Positions 1 through 11,505 of a stretch of 64,000 nt of DNA are shown here, piece after piece (the first letter of the stretch is position 1; each line of letters starts with the position of its first letter). Below the pieces are notes generated by a model. That model searched no databases. It saw only the letters and a program-made list of their open reading frames with translations, and was not told the origin of the DNA. The position numbers were made by a program, and so were the translations under genes. Origin of the DNA: a virus (Duplodnaviria > Heunggongvirae > Uroviricota > Caudoviricetes); the IMG/VR virus record IMGVR_UViG_3300029485_000297. One strand, given 5' to 3'.

Positions 1-153
1 ACATAGACGCAAATTATAGTTTTGAAGACTAACTGCGTCGAATATAATAACACCACGCACCAAGCACCCAACACAAAGGGTGCTATTTTTGACTTGACAA
101 ATACAACAAATTTGATGTATTATAGGTGTATAAACAAAGGAGGAAATAAAAAT

Positions 154-489
154 ATGACACGAACCTTTATTGAAACACCAATTTTTACCGCTAAATGGCA
201 AGATTTAGGATTAACTGATAAAAATTTAAAAGACTTACAAGAAATTTTATTAGAAAATCCGAAATTAGGAGATACTATTTCTCATACAGGTGGATTAAGA
301 AAAATCCGTATTCCAATGGAGAATAAAGGAAAAGGGAAACGAAGTGGTGCAAGAGTAATTTATGTAGATGTTGATATAAAAGAAACTATATATCTTGTCA
401 ATGTCTACTCAAAAGATGAAAAGGCAGACTTAACACCTGATGAAAAGAAAGCTCTAAAGGCGGTAGTAAAAATTTTAAAGGAGGAATAA
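154..489 (+). CDS. HigB/RelE-superfamily toxin (Gp49/DUF891-like killer protein)
   Basis: ATG at 154 preceded by AAGGAGG (141-147). Motif GGLRKIRIP...GKRSGARVIYVDV is typical of HigB/Gp49-family toxins. The tool ORF 22..489 is an upstream over-extension. Confidence 0.6.
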   Translation: MTRTFIETPIFTAKWQDLGLTDKNLKDLQEILLENPKLGDTISHTGGLRKIRIPMENKGKGKRSGARVIYVDVDIKETIYLVNVYSKDEKADLTPDEKKALKAVVKILKEE

Positions 490-491
490 TC

Positions 492-809
492 ATGAGCAAA
501 TTTTTTGATGATACAATGCAAGGGTTATTAGAAGCTGTTGCAATCGACCAAAAGCAAATTGCAGTTCGAGAAGTAAGTGGTTTACCAGCCACTACTTTTC
601 GTGCAGAGGATATAGAGAACAACTTAATTGATAATGTTGTTAAATTACGGAAAGAGTCTAATATTTCTCAAAAGGAATTAGCCGATTTAACGGAAAGCAA
701 ACAGCAAAGTATCTCACGGTTTGAAAAGAAAACACATAGCCCATCATTAGTTTTATTTGTGAAAATTATTGATGCACTTGGTTATAAAATGGAACTTGTA
801 AAAAAATAA
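492..809 (+). CDS. XRE-family HTH antitoxin (HigA-like)
   Basis: Starts 3 nt after the toxin stop. HTH segment ISQKELADLTESKQQSISRFEKK. Toxin-first order as in higBA. Confidence 0.55.
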   Translation: MSKFFDDTMQGLLEAVAIDQKQIAVREVSGLPATTFRAEDIENNLIDNVVKLRKESNISQKELADLTESKQQSISRFEKKTHSPSLVLFVKIIDALGYKMELVKK

Positions 810-898
810 TCTCATAAAGTGTCATATTTATATAGCATCTAATGGAAATGAAAATCTGTTAGGTGCTATTTTTATACCCAAAATTAAGGAGGTAAGCA

Positions 899-1090
899 AT
901 GAAACGCAAAATAATCTATATATTCATCACTTTAGCACTCATATTGAGTGCTTTTTTAATTGCCAAAATGCAAAAGCCTAGCAAATACGATTATCTGAAT
1001 TTAAACCAGATAACATCAGTAACACAAAACGGAAATAATATAACAATCTACACAGATTCAGATTGCTATGATTTCACAATATCAAAATAA
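899..1090 (+). CDS. small membrane/secreted protein
   Basis: AAGGAGG at 886-892. N-terminal hydrophobic helix IIYIFITLALILSAFLIA. Confidence 0.4.
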   Translation: MKRKIIYIFITLALILSAFLIAKMQKPSKYDYLNLNQITSVTQNGNNITIYTDSDCYDFTISK

Positions 1091-2028
1091 AGAAGGGAGA
1101 ATATTAATATGTCAGAAAAACACAAACAAGTTCATACTGCCTACTGCGACTATCAGATTGCAAAGGCAAATAAACCTTCACGGGTTTACTCTGTAAAGAC
1201 AGAAACGAAAGGCAACAAAGGAGTTAAGACAACAGGTTTATCAAAAGCAATGTTAGCGAAACAGTTGTCAATGTTGATTTAGAAGGGAGAATACAACTAT
1301 GAGTAAAATAAAATATGATGCAATCAGAATTGCAAAGCAATTACTGTATTCAGAAGACACATTGCAAGCAATAGCCAACGCAAAAACGGAGAGTGAAATT
1401 TCACGTATTATGCGTGATGCAAGATTAAAGGAGGTATAAGGCAGAATGGAAGCATTTAATTTTAGAATTATCAAGACAGCAAACGGAGCTGAAATAATAG
1501 ACAGTACTCTATCAACTCCATATAATTCATTAACTCCATTACAGATGATGGATTATATCAATGTGGAAAACAGTCTGTATTTTACAGAAAGAAAGAGAAG
1601 ATTACAGAAGGCAACCGAACCAACAGTCATTGATAAGGTAAAGAATTTTGCAAGGAGGATAATACATGAAGGGATATTATAACGGATTTGCCTATATGGG
1701 ATTTGTGCCAAGTATAGGCAAATATCAGCAGTTTGAAAGCGAAAATGCTTACAGAAATTATTTAAAAGAAAGAGGTGAAATATAATGAAGTACATAACCT
1801 ATGAAGAACCGCTAAAAGGCAAAACATTCACAGAAAAGCAGACGCATGAAGTCTATAGAGACTTAGCAGATAAGACAGAATATCCAGACTTTGAGTGTTG
1901 GAAATCAGATATGCTCAAGTCAGGAGTATTTGAAAAGTTTAGCAACTAAACGGTTTGTCAAAAGGCAAGCCGTTATTTTTTACCCAAAATACATATCAAA
2001 AATATTAAAAGAAAAGAGGTAGTTAATT

Positions 2029-3120
2029 ATGTGCAAAATTAATGGAAAGAAGTTAAAGGAGATTAGAGAAAGAGAAGGTTTAACATTGCAGGATGTCGCT
2101 AAAGGTTGCGGAGTCTCTTACTCAACAATATCAAAGTATGAAAGCGAGATTAATAATCCATCTGATGCAACAGTAGATAAGATATGTCTGCTTTTAAAGA
2201 TAAACAAAAATGATATTGAAGTTGCTGATGTAGGATACAGCTTTACACAAGGCGTAAGCAGAACAGTAGATTATGCAAGACGTAAAAAAGACTTTGTTCG
2301 TTATTCAACACCACGGCAGACAGAGGAATTTGTACAGGCTCATTCAAATGCAGGAGAATCAATGGAAGTTAAAGAAGTAGATTGTGCATTAAAGAACTCT
2401 TTTAGTATTGCATCAAAGCGATATATTCTTATTAATCCAACATTTATACATATTCCAAATTGGCAGAGAGATACAGATATGGCAAAGGTGCAGGAAATAG
2501 CACAAAATTTTAATGAAGATAAATTTGATCCAGTTAAGGTATATATCAAAAATGGAAAACTGTATGTCGCCGATGGAGCACATAGAATAGTTGCATTTGT
2601 AATAAACGGAGAAATAAAAATGCTTGTTGAAGTGCTTAATTGCTCAGAATATGAGGCAGTTCTTACATTTTTAGGACAGCAATCAGCAAGAAAGGCAATG
2701 ACTGTTGCTGATACATATAGAGCAGGTGTAAAGGCAAACATAAGAGAATATATAGATTTTAAGAATTTATTTGAATCTTATAATATTCAGATTGTGACAG
2801 ATGATGACAAGCTGGAAAATCCAATAGGTAAAGTCGCACCCTCAAGAACATTGTTGAGAATGGTAAGAAATAACACAGATATATTGGAACTTACAATCAA
2901 GACAATTAAAGCACTTAATTGGACAGGAAGCGAAAAGAATGCATTTACACTTAGAACGTTTCATATATTCAAGAAATTGTTTGCGAATTACGAAAAGAAT
3001 ACAGTTATTGAGGGATTACTTGAAAATTGCAAGGGAGCTTCATATTTTGAAAATAAAATCGCTCCTGTAAAAAGTAATGCTGAAATGTATGATATTTTAG
3101 TAAAAGCAATTTGTGAATAA
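2029..3120 (+). CDS. XRE HTH - ParB/Srx-like nuclease-domain fusion protein
   Basis: N-terminal HTH LTLQDVAKGCGVSYSTISKYE. ParB-type DGxHR motif KLYVADGAHRIVAFV. Confidence 0.5.
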   Translation: MCKINGKKLKEIREREGLTLQDVAKGCGVSYSTISKYESEINNPSDATVDKICLLLKINKNDIEVADVGYSFTQGVSRTVDYARRKKDFVRYSTPRQTEEFVQAHSNAGESMEVKEVDCALKNSFSIASKRYILINPTFIHIPNWQRDTDMAKVQEIAQNFNEDKFDPVKVYIKNGKLYVADGAHRIVAFVINGEIKMLVEVLNCSEYEAVLTFLGQQSARKAMTVADTYRAGVKANIREYIDFKNLFESYNIQIVTDDDKLENPIGKVAPSRTLLRMVRNNTDILELTIKTIKALNWTGSEKNAFTLRTFHIFKKLFANYEKNTVIEGLLENCKGASYFENKIAPVKSNAEMYDILVKAICE

Positions 3121-3184
3121 GAGAACATATACATATAAAGCTGTACTATCGGGCTATACGGGTTTATGAAAGGAAGTGAGATTT

Positions 3185-3382
3185 ATGCATAATTTTAGAA
3201 AGTCAAAGCGAATGCGTGACTTTGATATAGTTTTACGGAAGAATGGATATACACCGACAAGGTGCAAGGGAAGTCATTTCGTGTATATCAATCGTACAAC
3301 GCATAGGATAATGCCTGTTAATAAGGATCTGAATGACATGGTAAGGCAGCGATTGATTAAAGAGTATAACTTGGAGGTGTAA
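3185..3382 (+). CDS. hicA: HicA-family toxin (YcfA-like mRNA interferase)
   Basis: 65 aa from ATG 3185 after AAGGAAGTGAG. CKGSHFVY...PVNKDLN...RL matches the HicA GSH signature. No recognisable HicB nearby. Confidence 0.6.
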   Translation: MHNFRKSKRMRDFDIVLRKNGYTPTRCKGSHFVYINRTTHRIMPVNKDLNDMVRQRLIKEYNLEV

Positions 3383-3877
3383 AGAAATGAAATGGATTGA
3401 GATTTTACGGAAAAATGATTGTGCATTACTGCAAAGCGAAAGTGATACACAATATGCAGTTGTTAGTGGTTACGATCCAACGTAACCAGAAGGTCAGCAA
3501 TGGGCGCATGGAACGTATTTTACTTATTTCCAGAATAATCCTAAGAAGATATTATATCTTCAATCAGCTTATGATTGTTTTATGGAAAAGGTAAACGCAG
3601 ATTTTATCCCACGTTGCAGGCTTGAAGAACTTGCAACATTCTTTGCGGATAGACTTATCTCTGACGACAGGGAAAGTGCAATGGAATATTTTGATGAATA
3701 TTGCGAGATGTCAGAGGAAGAGAAATCTTTCTTTGGTATTGAAGAAGATAGCCCGATAGCAAATACTAAATTTGAGAATCCAATGTACAACAAGGGATAT
3801 GATGATGGATTTGCAGATGGGGCAAACAGCATAGAAGAGTAAATGGATATTTCATAGTGAAAGGTAGGTAAAAAAGA

Positions 3878-4306
3878 ATGGATAAATTAAGAGTATGGTG
3901 GATTCCACAAGCAGGTGCAACGGAGGGAGCATTTTATGTTCCTGTAAAAACAGTTGAAGAAGGCAAAAAAGTAATGGATATGTTAGCAGCATATGATGCA
4001 TATCAAAGACAGAATAGAATTAAGCCTGATTATTGTAATTGCGGTGGAGTTCAGAGATGGGATGAGGATTCTCAGGACTGGGAAGATTGGTATATGGAAA
4101 CAGAAGATGACTACTTTAATGATGTGGATGATTACTGTGAACAGTGTGAAAGGCAGATGAACTTAAAGAGTTTAGCCATCAAATGTTTGCACAGATTGAT
4201 TGGAAAAAGATTGAGAAAATGTCGTAATAAATGCGTGTTTTCTTGGATTAGAAAGGTAGGTAAAAAAGATGAACGGAATGCAGATATGGGAAGTAAATGG
4301 AATTGA
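3878..4306 (+). CDS. hypothetical protein (Cys-containing, acidic core)
   Basis: 142-aa ORF after GGTAGGTAAAAAAG RBS-like sequence. No recognisable domain. Confidence 0.45.
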   Translation: MDKLRVWWIPQAGATEGAFYVPVKTVEEGKKVMDMLAAYDAYQRQNRIKPDYCNCGGVQRWDEDSQDWEDWYMETEDDYFNDVDDYCEQCERQMNLKSLAIKCLHRLIGKRLRKCRNKCVFSWIRKVGKKDERNADMGSKWN

Positions 4307-5272
4307 TGATTTAGAAGGCACTTGTTTTGCACAGTGTTCTACCAAAGAAAAGGCAGAAAAGGCAATGCAAATTCTTAAAGAAAACGGTTTTGAAGATATG
4401 CTTGAGGTTGAACAAAGTAATTTAAGATTAGACCAGTTAGTGATTCAAGATAAAATAATTCAGTTGTAAAAGAAATTCGCATTTCTTTAGAAGATTGGAG
4501 GAATCAAAAATGAAAAAATCAAACATTAGAGTATTCGGAGAAATAAGTATTGCACATGTGGAAAAGAGAGGTTTATTTTCATATGCGGTTGTAAGGGACT
4601 TTGATAAAAAGGTACTTGCCAAATCTTTTTCATTTAGAAAATACATAAACGATACTATTCGTACAATGTATACAGGAGAATATTACGCAACAGGTGATTA
4701 CATATTGGTTGCTGACACTGTAAATGGAAATAAAGAAATTTATAGATGGCATTGAAACTAAGATTTTTTAGGAAGGAGTGAAGGGAAATGGCAAAATATA
4801 CATGTAGCAAGACAAAGGATGAAATTCTTGAAATTATTGCAGAGGAATTTAGAAAAGTAAATAAGGATTATGATGATGCAATGCAGAACGACAATGATAA
4901 ACTCAAAGAACGGAATCAGGGTAGATATGTAGCAATGTTTGATTTGTTACATAAGTTAGAAATTTATGAAAAGGAGTGAAGCGAAATGACAACTATTGAA
5001 AAGTCAAAAGAGGATGCACGGAACTTAAATGAACTCACGGATCATCTGATTAAGCTGCTTGAATCGGATGACAAGCGGTTCTCATTTGAATTTTGTGCAG
5101 GTGGCACAATGGAGATTTACGACAAAGAAAAAGAAATCGGTTATGCAGTTCACATTGCACCGATTGAATATGATGAGAACGGAAAAGCAATAAATTTATA
5201 GTAACCGCAAGGCAGTTAGGAGAATAATCTACTAGCTGCCTATTTTATTACAAGAAAGAGAGGAAATGAATT

Positions 5273-5782
5273 ATGGAAATTGTAATTAGAAACATTACAA
5301 AAGATACAATGGTTGACTTTAATAATGACCATGTAATCACATTACCAATGGATGAAGAGAAATTACGGAATATGTTAGGCAATGACGAATGGATTATTAT
5401 TGATGCACCTGTCGGAGATGAATTTACGAATATTGAAAAGTTAAATGCATTGTTAAATGAAACTGATGAAGATAATTTGCGAATTTTAACAAAGGCTTTT
5501 CTACTCAATGAAATAATGGAAAGTGGATTTGATAATTTCTCAATCGTCGATTTTGATGCAGAAACTTCACAGTATAACGGAGGCAATGGAGTCATAGCTG
5601 TTGATGAATGGTATGGAAGAGTGCTTCATGATTTGGGATATATAAATTTCCCATTCACATATACAGAAGATATGGAAGACTATGTAAAATGGGAACAACT
5701 TTGGTATACAGCGAATAGTGAAGGTTGGTGCAATGTTAGATATAACGGAAATACATATCTTGTAAAAAGGTGGTGTTCATAA
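5273..5782 (+). CDS. very acidic protein, possible ArdA-like anti-restriction DNA mimic
   Basis: 169 aa, D/E-rich throughout, C-terminal WYTANSEGWCNVRYNGNTYLVKR loosely resembles the ArdA tail. The size matches ArdA. Confidence 0.3.
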   Translation: MEIVIRNITKDTMVDFNNDHVITLPMDEEKLRNMLGNDEWIIIDAPVGDEFTNIEKLNALLNETDEDNLRILTKAFLLNEIMESGFDNFSIVDFDAETSQYNGGNGVIAVDEWYGRVLHDLGYINFPFTYTEDMEDYVKWEQLWYTANSEGWCNVRYNGNTYLVKRWCS

Positions 5783-6052
5783 TGTTAAATATTAAATGGG
5801 ATAACGGAGTTGTAGGATATTTAAGCGAAAACGAAAAAGAACTGTGTGGAAAGATTAATAGAGAAATCAGTACAATCAATACAGTAAGCAAAACGAAAAT
5901 ATCTGTAGTAATCAGTATTGAAGGTGGAAATCAATTCCACATAAAGAAAGATACTGGTTCACTGATTGGATATATGAACGCAGAACAGTGTTGGTATGCA
6001 TTGAAGGGAATTATGACAAGTTTGTTATACATGGAAAGGCAGGTTGATTAGT

Positions 6053-6715
6053 ATGAAAACATTGTATTTTGAAGGAGCTGGATGTGTACCAGCAAATGAC
6101 GTTGAAAATTGCAGAATTAGAACAGCATTTACTAACAAGGAGGGTGAAAAAATTTATCTTGAAATGTTTTCAGGATGTAAACATACAAAAGTAAAATATG
6201 GCAAAAATGGACGTAAATTAAAAAATCCAAAGTGGATAACAGAAGATGGATATATTTGTTGTGATTCATGTCATTATATAACATCAGACAAAGAAGTCGA
6301 TGATGAAAATTATTCAAGATTGAGTTGTGAGAGAAACCCGGAATTGAAAGTCAAGTACACAAAGGCAAACATTCTTGCATTTGTCAATGAACATTGTAAT
6401 GCTGATTTCGATGAAATTGTTGTTCTTGATAATCTTGCAGGATATAGGGTTTTTGCAGATTATACAAAAGATACAGTTAATACTCCATTAATGTATAACT
6501 ATGGTGATACTTTTGAGTATAATGCAGAATTGACAAAAAAACGCAGAACAAAAGTTGAAGAAATGAAAAAGGATTTTTGCAAATTGTTCAACCAGAAATA
6601 TGACAATACAAGTTATTATATTAAAGATGGGAAATTGATAGTATGTATTAATGTAGAAGAGGAAAAGCGTATCAAAGCTGGGTATCCAGAAAGAAAATTT
6701 GTTGTAGAAGTGTAA
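6053..6715 (+). CDS. hypothetical Cys-rich protein
   Basis: ATG 6053 after AGGCAGG. Several CxxC pairs (CCDSCH, CKH). Confidence 0.5.
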   Translation: MKTLYFEGAGCVPANDVENCRIRTAFTNKEGEKIYLEMFSGCKHTKVKYGKNGRKLKNPKWITEDGYICCDSCHYITSDKEVDDENYSRLSCERNPELKVKYTKANILAFVNEHCNADFDEIVVLDNLAGYRVFADYTKDTVNTPLMYNYGDTFEYNAELTKKRRTKVEEMKKDFCKLFNQKYDNTSYYIKDGKLIVCINVEEEKRIKAGYPERKFVVEV

Positions 6716-7730
6716 TCAAAGGAAATTGTAATTTACAGTGAATTTTAAGAAAGGTAAAAGGTGATACTATGGCACAGCAAATATATTATTTACACAGCTG
6801 TAATGAATGGAAAGAGTATTCTAGTATGAGACTTCTTTTCATTGGAACATCACAGCAGAAATTAAAAATGAAAATCTCAAAGGAAATTGAAGAAGGTAAT
6901 ATGGAATATTATGATGGTTCGTTATCTCAAAAAGAACAGGCAAAAAGATTTAGAAAAGATTGGGAGACAGAGACAAGAGATATTATTAATTCAAGATTAA
7001 CATATGGAGATTTTGATTATACATATAATAATGAAGAAATGTAATAACCAAATGAAAGAGTACTTTCAAGACTTGAAAAAGGAGTGAGTAGAATGGAATT
7101 TAATCTTACAACGGGAAGTATGGATTTACTTGTAGAATCTATTATAGATGCAGTTGAATCTACAGATGATAGAGATTTACAATTTGAATTGATTAAAACT
7201 ATTCTTAGTGATAACGGAATTGTAGAGATTAAAGATTAAACAGAGAATAAATAAAGGCAGATGCAAATTATTGTATCTGCCTTTTGTAATGGAAGGAGAA
7301 AACGAAATGAATACATTAGAAGATATTTTAATAGCATTAGGAAGTAAAAAACCATTCTTAGACAAGGTAATAATTAATGAAGATGGTGGAAGGCAGCCGT
7401 TTACTAAAGGCGGTGCTAAAGTATATGAAAAATTGACAGAAATCTTATATGCAGTTGGAGAACTTACTCACACAGATATGAATAATATTGTTGAGGAACT
7501 GGATAGTATAGCGAATCAGGATATGTAAGAGGTTTATGAAAAATGAAAACTGTAATGGAAATAGCAAAAAGTGAACGAATTAACAAAGTATGTGTTGATG
7601 GTCATATTGGAGATATAAGACAGTATGACAAGACACCATTTGATAAAAAAGTGAAGAACTATGAGGTTATTAATTCAATTTACAATGAAAAAATGTTGAT
7701 ATGTCAGACCGTATAGGAGGTAAGTGAAAA

Positions 7731-8168
7731 ATGAAGATTAAAGAGTACAAATTATACAAGACAGCTAAAAAGACAGCAAAAGAAAATAACCTGGAATATG
7801 TTGATTCTATAGAAACTGGTAAGAGAAATATCTTGTTTGACTTTTCATTGTTAAATAATGCAGATGAATTGACAGATGATGAGAAACAATACATAAGAAA
7901 TCATGCATTACGATATGTGCATGTAAGTAGTTGTGAGCAGTTCTACGGAAAAGAATTTGATAATTTTACAACTTGTATTGGCAGAGCATTGTATTACCCA
8001 CATAAAGTTTATGATGAACATGGCTGCGAACGTAGATATGTAATTATGCAGCTTGTAAAGATTATACATACAAGAGGTACACGAAATAGTGTATATGATG
8101 AGTATGATTCAACGGAAATTAAAATTGACAGTGGTTACACAGAACCAGTAAGTGATTATGAAGTATAG
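7731..8168 (+). CDS. hypothetical protein
   Basis: 145-aa ORF after GGAGGTAAGTGAAAA RBS. Confidence 0.5.
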   Translation: MKIKEYKLYKTAKKTAKENNLEYVDSIETGKRNILFDFSLLNNADELTDDEKQYIRNHALRYVHVSSCEQFYGKEFDNFTTCIGRALYYPHKVYDEHGCERRYVIMQLVKIIHTRGTRNSVYDEYDSTEIKIDSGYTEPVSDYEV

Positions 8169-8185
8169 AACGGAGGTTGATTGAT

Positions 8186-9265
8186 ATGTTACAGATTAAA
8201 AGATATTTAGGATTTACAGATGGAATTAAAGAACCACGCAAAACAAAGGTTGAGAATACATTAGATAAATTATATTCATATAAGGGAAATGTTTACAATT
8301 CAGTGAGCTTTTTATGTACAAAATTATTAGAAGGCTGCTATCTTGAAAAGGAAGAAGGTTATACAACGCTAAAAAGAAATGGTGAACGTACTTTACCAAA
8401 AACTTTATATCAGTTTTTTGATAAAGATGTTAGAAGATATTTTGAATTAACAAAGACACAGTATGATTTTGTACAGTATCTCATTGATAATGGACTTGAC
8501 ACAGAAGAGAAAATGATTGCATTTGATAATGCAGATGTTAAAAAGATTGAGACTGCTAAGAAAGCAGAAGAAGAGTCAGAAAAACACAAAGAAGAACTAA
8601 AAAGACAACATGAGGAAGAGAAAGAAAAATTTAAAGAATGGATGTTTACGGAATCAATGTGTATTCCCGATTGGCAGATGGAAATTATAGATTCTATATT
8701 TTTGGCATTATATGGAAAAGAAAATACATGGAATTACAGCCTTGCAGTATGTATCAACAATTATGATAAACCTATGTGTAAAGAAGAAGTAATGGCAAGA
8801 TTACATAATGATAATAAGGCAAGCATTAAGATATTTGAGTGCTTAACTGGTTTAAAGCTGCCAAAGGGATACAAGGATAGAATGTCATATCTTGGTAGCA
8901 TTACAAGTGCAGATTTTGAAAATCCAGTCGAATATAAGCCACGAAAGAAAGCAGAAAAGAAAGAGGTTAAGAAAGAAGTATTCTATATTCTGATGGGTAA
9001 TTGCACATGGAATAGAGTGATGGCTGAACCTATTAAGAAATATGGAATTGACATGTTCATCTATTGCGATAATGGAATGTTTAAGTTATCTCATACAGAT
9101 ACAGGGATGTGTATTATTAGCGGGAAAAGTAAAACAGATTGTATGCAGAAGTTAAAAGGATTTATTGACAGCAAGGGAATTGAGGAGTTTAACAAAATAG
9201 CAGAAATAAACAAGAAGAGAATTATTGAAAAAGCTGGTGAAAATCCAAGATTAAAATTTGTATAA
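8186..9265 (+). CDS. hypothetical protein with central K/E-rich coiled coil
   Basis: ATG 8186 after GGAGG. AKKAEEESEKHKEELKRQHEEEKEKFKEW segment. Confidence 0.5.
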   Translation: MLQIKRYLGFTDGIKEPRKTKVENTLDKLYSYKGNVYNSVSFLCTKLLEGCYLEKEEGYTTLKRNGERTLPKTLYQFFDKDVRRYFELTKTQYDFVQYLIDNGLDTEEKMIAFDNADVKKIETAKKAEEESEKHKEELKRQHEEEKEKFKEWMFTESMCIPDWQMEIIDSIFLALYGKENTWNYSLAVCINNYDKPMCKEEVMARLHNDNKASIKIFECLTGLKLPKGYKDRMSYLGSITSADFENPVEYKPRKKAEKKEVKKEVFYILMGNCTWNRVMAEPIKKYGIDMFIYCDNGMFKLSHTDTGMCIISGKSKTDCMQKLKGFIDSKGIEEFNKIAEINKKRIIEKAGENPRLKFV

Positions 9266-10092
9266 AATCAAATGAAAGAACCGCTTCAATCGAAAGGAGA
9301 ATTAATTATAAATGGAATGAACGTATTAAGAATTGAATTAATAAGAGAAATTGGAAACGTAAAAACATATAAAATCACATATGAGGAAAACGAAAGCATT
9401 GAAACAAGACTTGTATGTAGAACATTTAATTATGAGGAAGATGCAGAGAATTTTCCTGAAAGTGTGTTAGATTTTGCAGAGAAATGGATCTTAGGAGAAT
9501 TGTAAGGGAGAGTAATTGATATGTGTAAAATTGCAGGAATCGTAATAGAGCATGGAAATAATGATTTTGGTTATTGGGAAGGATTTTATCTTACAGAAGA
9601 GGAAGAAAATGCGATTTGGGATATTTTGAATAAACATGATACAGAAGGTTGTTCAATTAGAGGAAGTCGAGAAGATATTGCAAGAGATTTTGTTTAAAGG
9701 AGAGTGGTTGATATGATGACAAGAGAAAGATTTGCAGAAACAAACTGGAAAATGACATATGAACAGTATCTGAAATGTGATTGCACAGAATGTAAAAAAG
9801 AAGATTGCATTCACAGAGGAGCATATAGAAGAGTGCCTGAGATTGATGGTGGTCTTGGGTTGTGTCCTAATTTAAAGGAGCGTGATTAAAAATGTATAAA
9901 TACATTATCAGTTATGATGGCGGTCAGTTAAGAGATAGTGGTGATTTTGAATGGGGATTATTTGATTCCTATGGTGAAGCAGAAGAAGCTGCCAATGATG
10001 CAAAGGAAGAATATATGAATGGTTGGGATATTGAAGGTAGTGAATATAATCCTGATGATTTCTGTATTGAAATTATGGAGGTGTGATTAAAA

Positions 10093-10287
10093 ATGTGCAA
10101 ACATAAACCAAAGAATCTAAGAGAATTTGAACCAATCCTAAAGGCAAATGGCTATCACGAAATTAGAAGTTGTGGTAGTCATTTTATTTATGGGAATGGT
10201 AAAAATCAGATTACAGTAAATAAGGATCTGAATAAGATGGTGCAGTTACGGTTAATTAAAGAGAATAACTTAGTGGAGGTGAAATAG
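10093..10287 (+). CDS. hicA: HicA-family toxin, second copy
   Basis: 64 aa, RSCGSHFIYGNGKNQITVNKDLNKMVQLRLIKE, paralogous to the 3185 gene. GGAGGTG RBS. Confidence 0.55.
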   Translation: MCKHKPKNLREFEPILKANGYHEIRSCGSHFIYGNGKNQITVNKDLNKMVQLRLIKENNLVEVK

Positions 10288-10288
10288 T

Positions 10289-10639
10289 ATGTGGCAGCAT
10301 ATAGAATTTGCAGATGGTAGCAATCCATATATCAGTAAAACAGAAAAGGATTTTAAACGGATGAGTGAACAGTATTTGCTTATACCTATTGGCGAAAACT
10401 CTTGGAAGGCAACTGATAGAGTGTTTTATAAGGTTGTCGGATTTCCTGATAAAGATAAGAGAGCAACATTTGATAGAGATTACAAGTCAAAAGCAGGTGC
10501 AATGAGAGTAATTCGTAAGGCAATTAAAGAGAATAAATTTGAATACATTGTTCTGAGAAAGGAAATTGAAGATTTACGGAATAATGACCACTTCAATATT
10601 TCGGTTAGTACACCGATCAGAACATGGAATTTAGTATAG
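10289..10639 (+). CDS. hypothetical protein directly downstream of HicA-2 (candidate partner, not a recognisable HicB)
   Basis: Starts 2 nt after the hicA-2 stop. Only a weak VVGFPD resemblance to the HicB N-domain. Confidence 0.4.
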   Translation: MWQHIEFADGSNPYISKTEKDFKRMSEQYLLIPIGENSWKATDRVFYKVVGFPDKDKRATFDRDYKSKAGAMRVIRKAIKENKFEYIVLRKEIEDLRNNDHFNISVSTPIRTWNLV

Positions 10640-11121
10640 AAAGAGAGGTTGAGTGATATGAGATTAGCAGTGACGTGGGAAATGTGCGGATATGTTGATA
10701 TAAAAGCAGATACATTAGAAGAGGCAATGGAAAAGTTCAATAAAGAAAGTGATTATATTAAACTTCCAAATGGCGATTATGTGGATGGAAGTTTTCGACT
10801 GTCTACAGATGATGTTGAAGAAATGGAAGCTACTGTAGATTGGTAAGAAATAGCAATTTCATTTTAAGATTGGAGAGTGATTTTTATGTTGAAAAAGAAA
10901 TTAAAAACTGGTTCAGTAGTTGAAGCGTGGAATTATGATACTGGAATTTATACAGGAATGTCAATTGGAGCTTATGATAGAATGACTTGCAATTCAAAAT
11001 CAATAGTATCTGTAGAAAGTGTTGATAGTGCAGATGGAATTGTAAACAGAATTGTTATTAATAAAAAGAAAGCTGAAAAATATGGATTTAGAATTGTAAT
11101 AGACGAAGAGAATTAGAAAGG

Positions 11122-11505
11122 ATGGTTGATTTTATGAAAACAGATAAATTAGAAAAATATCTTGATGAGTTATCAGAAGGAACAGATTTTGATTTTAGAA
11201 TATCAGAAATAAAGAATGGTGAAGTTGAGTTATACATGCAGGGAGATAACCCTTGTAATGAGGATTGGTGTACCGAAATTACAATTAAGAATCCAAAGAC
11301 AAAGAAAGAATTAATAGAGACTTTACACGAAAAAATGTGGAAACTTTATGATGATTTTGATGTTGAGGAAGAAACATATCTTATGTTAGAAGCAAAACGA
11401 AACGGATTTCAGGGAGTTCCTGGTGTAGTCGATCTAGTACATAACGAGGAATACAAAGAAAATGCATTGAAAGAGTTTGCGGAAAAATTGAGAGATTTAT
11501 GCTAA
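11122..11505 (+). CDS. hypothetical acidic protein
   Basis: 127-aa ORF after AAGGATGG. Confidence 0.45.
   Translation: MVDFMKTDKLEKYLDELSEGTDFDFRISEIKNGEVELYMQGDNPCNEDWCTEITIKNPKTKKELIETLHEKMWKLYDDFDVEEETYLMLEAKRNGFQGVPGVVDLVHNEEYKENALKEFAEKLRDLC

Noticed and set aside
22-153. N-terminal 44-aa extension of the tool ORF 22..489
   Set aside because: It has no RBS. A strong AAGGAGG precedes ATG 154, and the conserved toxin domain begins there.
2340-2741. Minus-strand ORFs throughout (e.g. 2340-2741, 24913-25428, 32625-33098, 40973-41326)
   Set aside because: All are antisense to better-supported plus-strand genes, lack RBS and have low-complexity hydrophobic translations typical of AT-rich shadow frames.
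10289-10639. Calling the ORF after HicA-2 a HicB antitoxin
   Set aside because: Only a loose VVGFPD resemblance. No convincing HicB or RHH/HTH domain, so it is kept as hypothetical.
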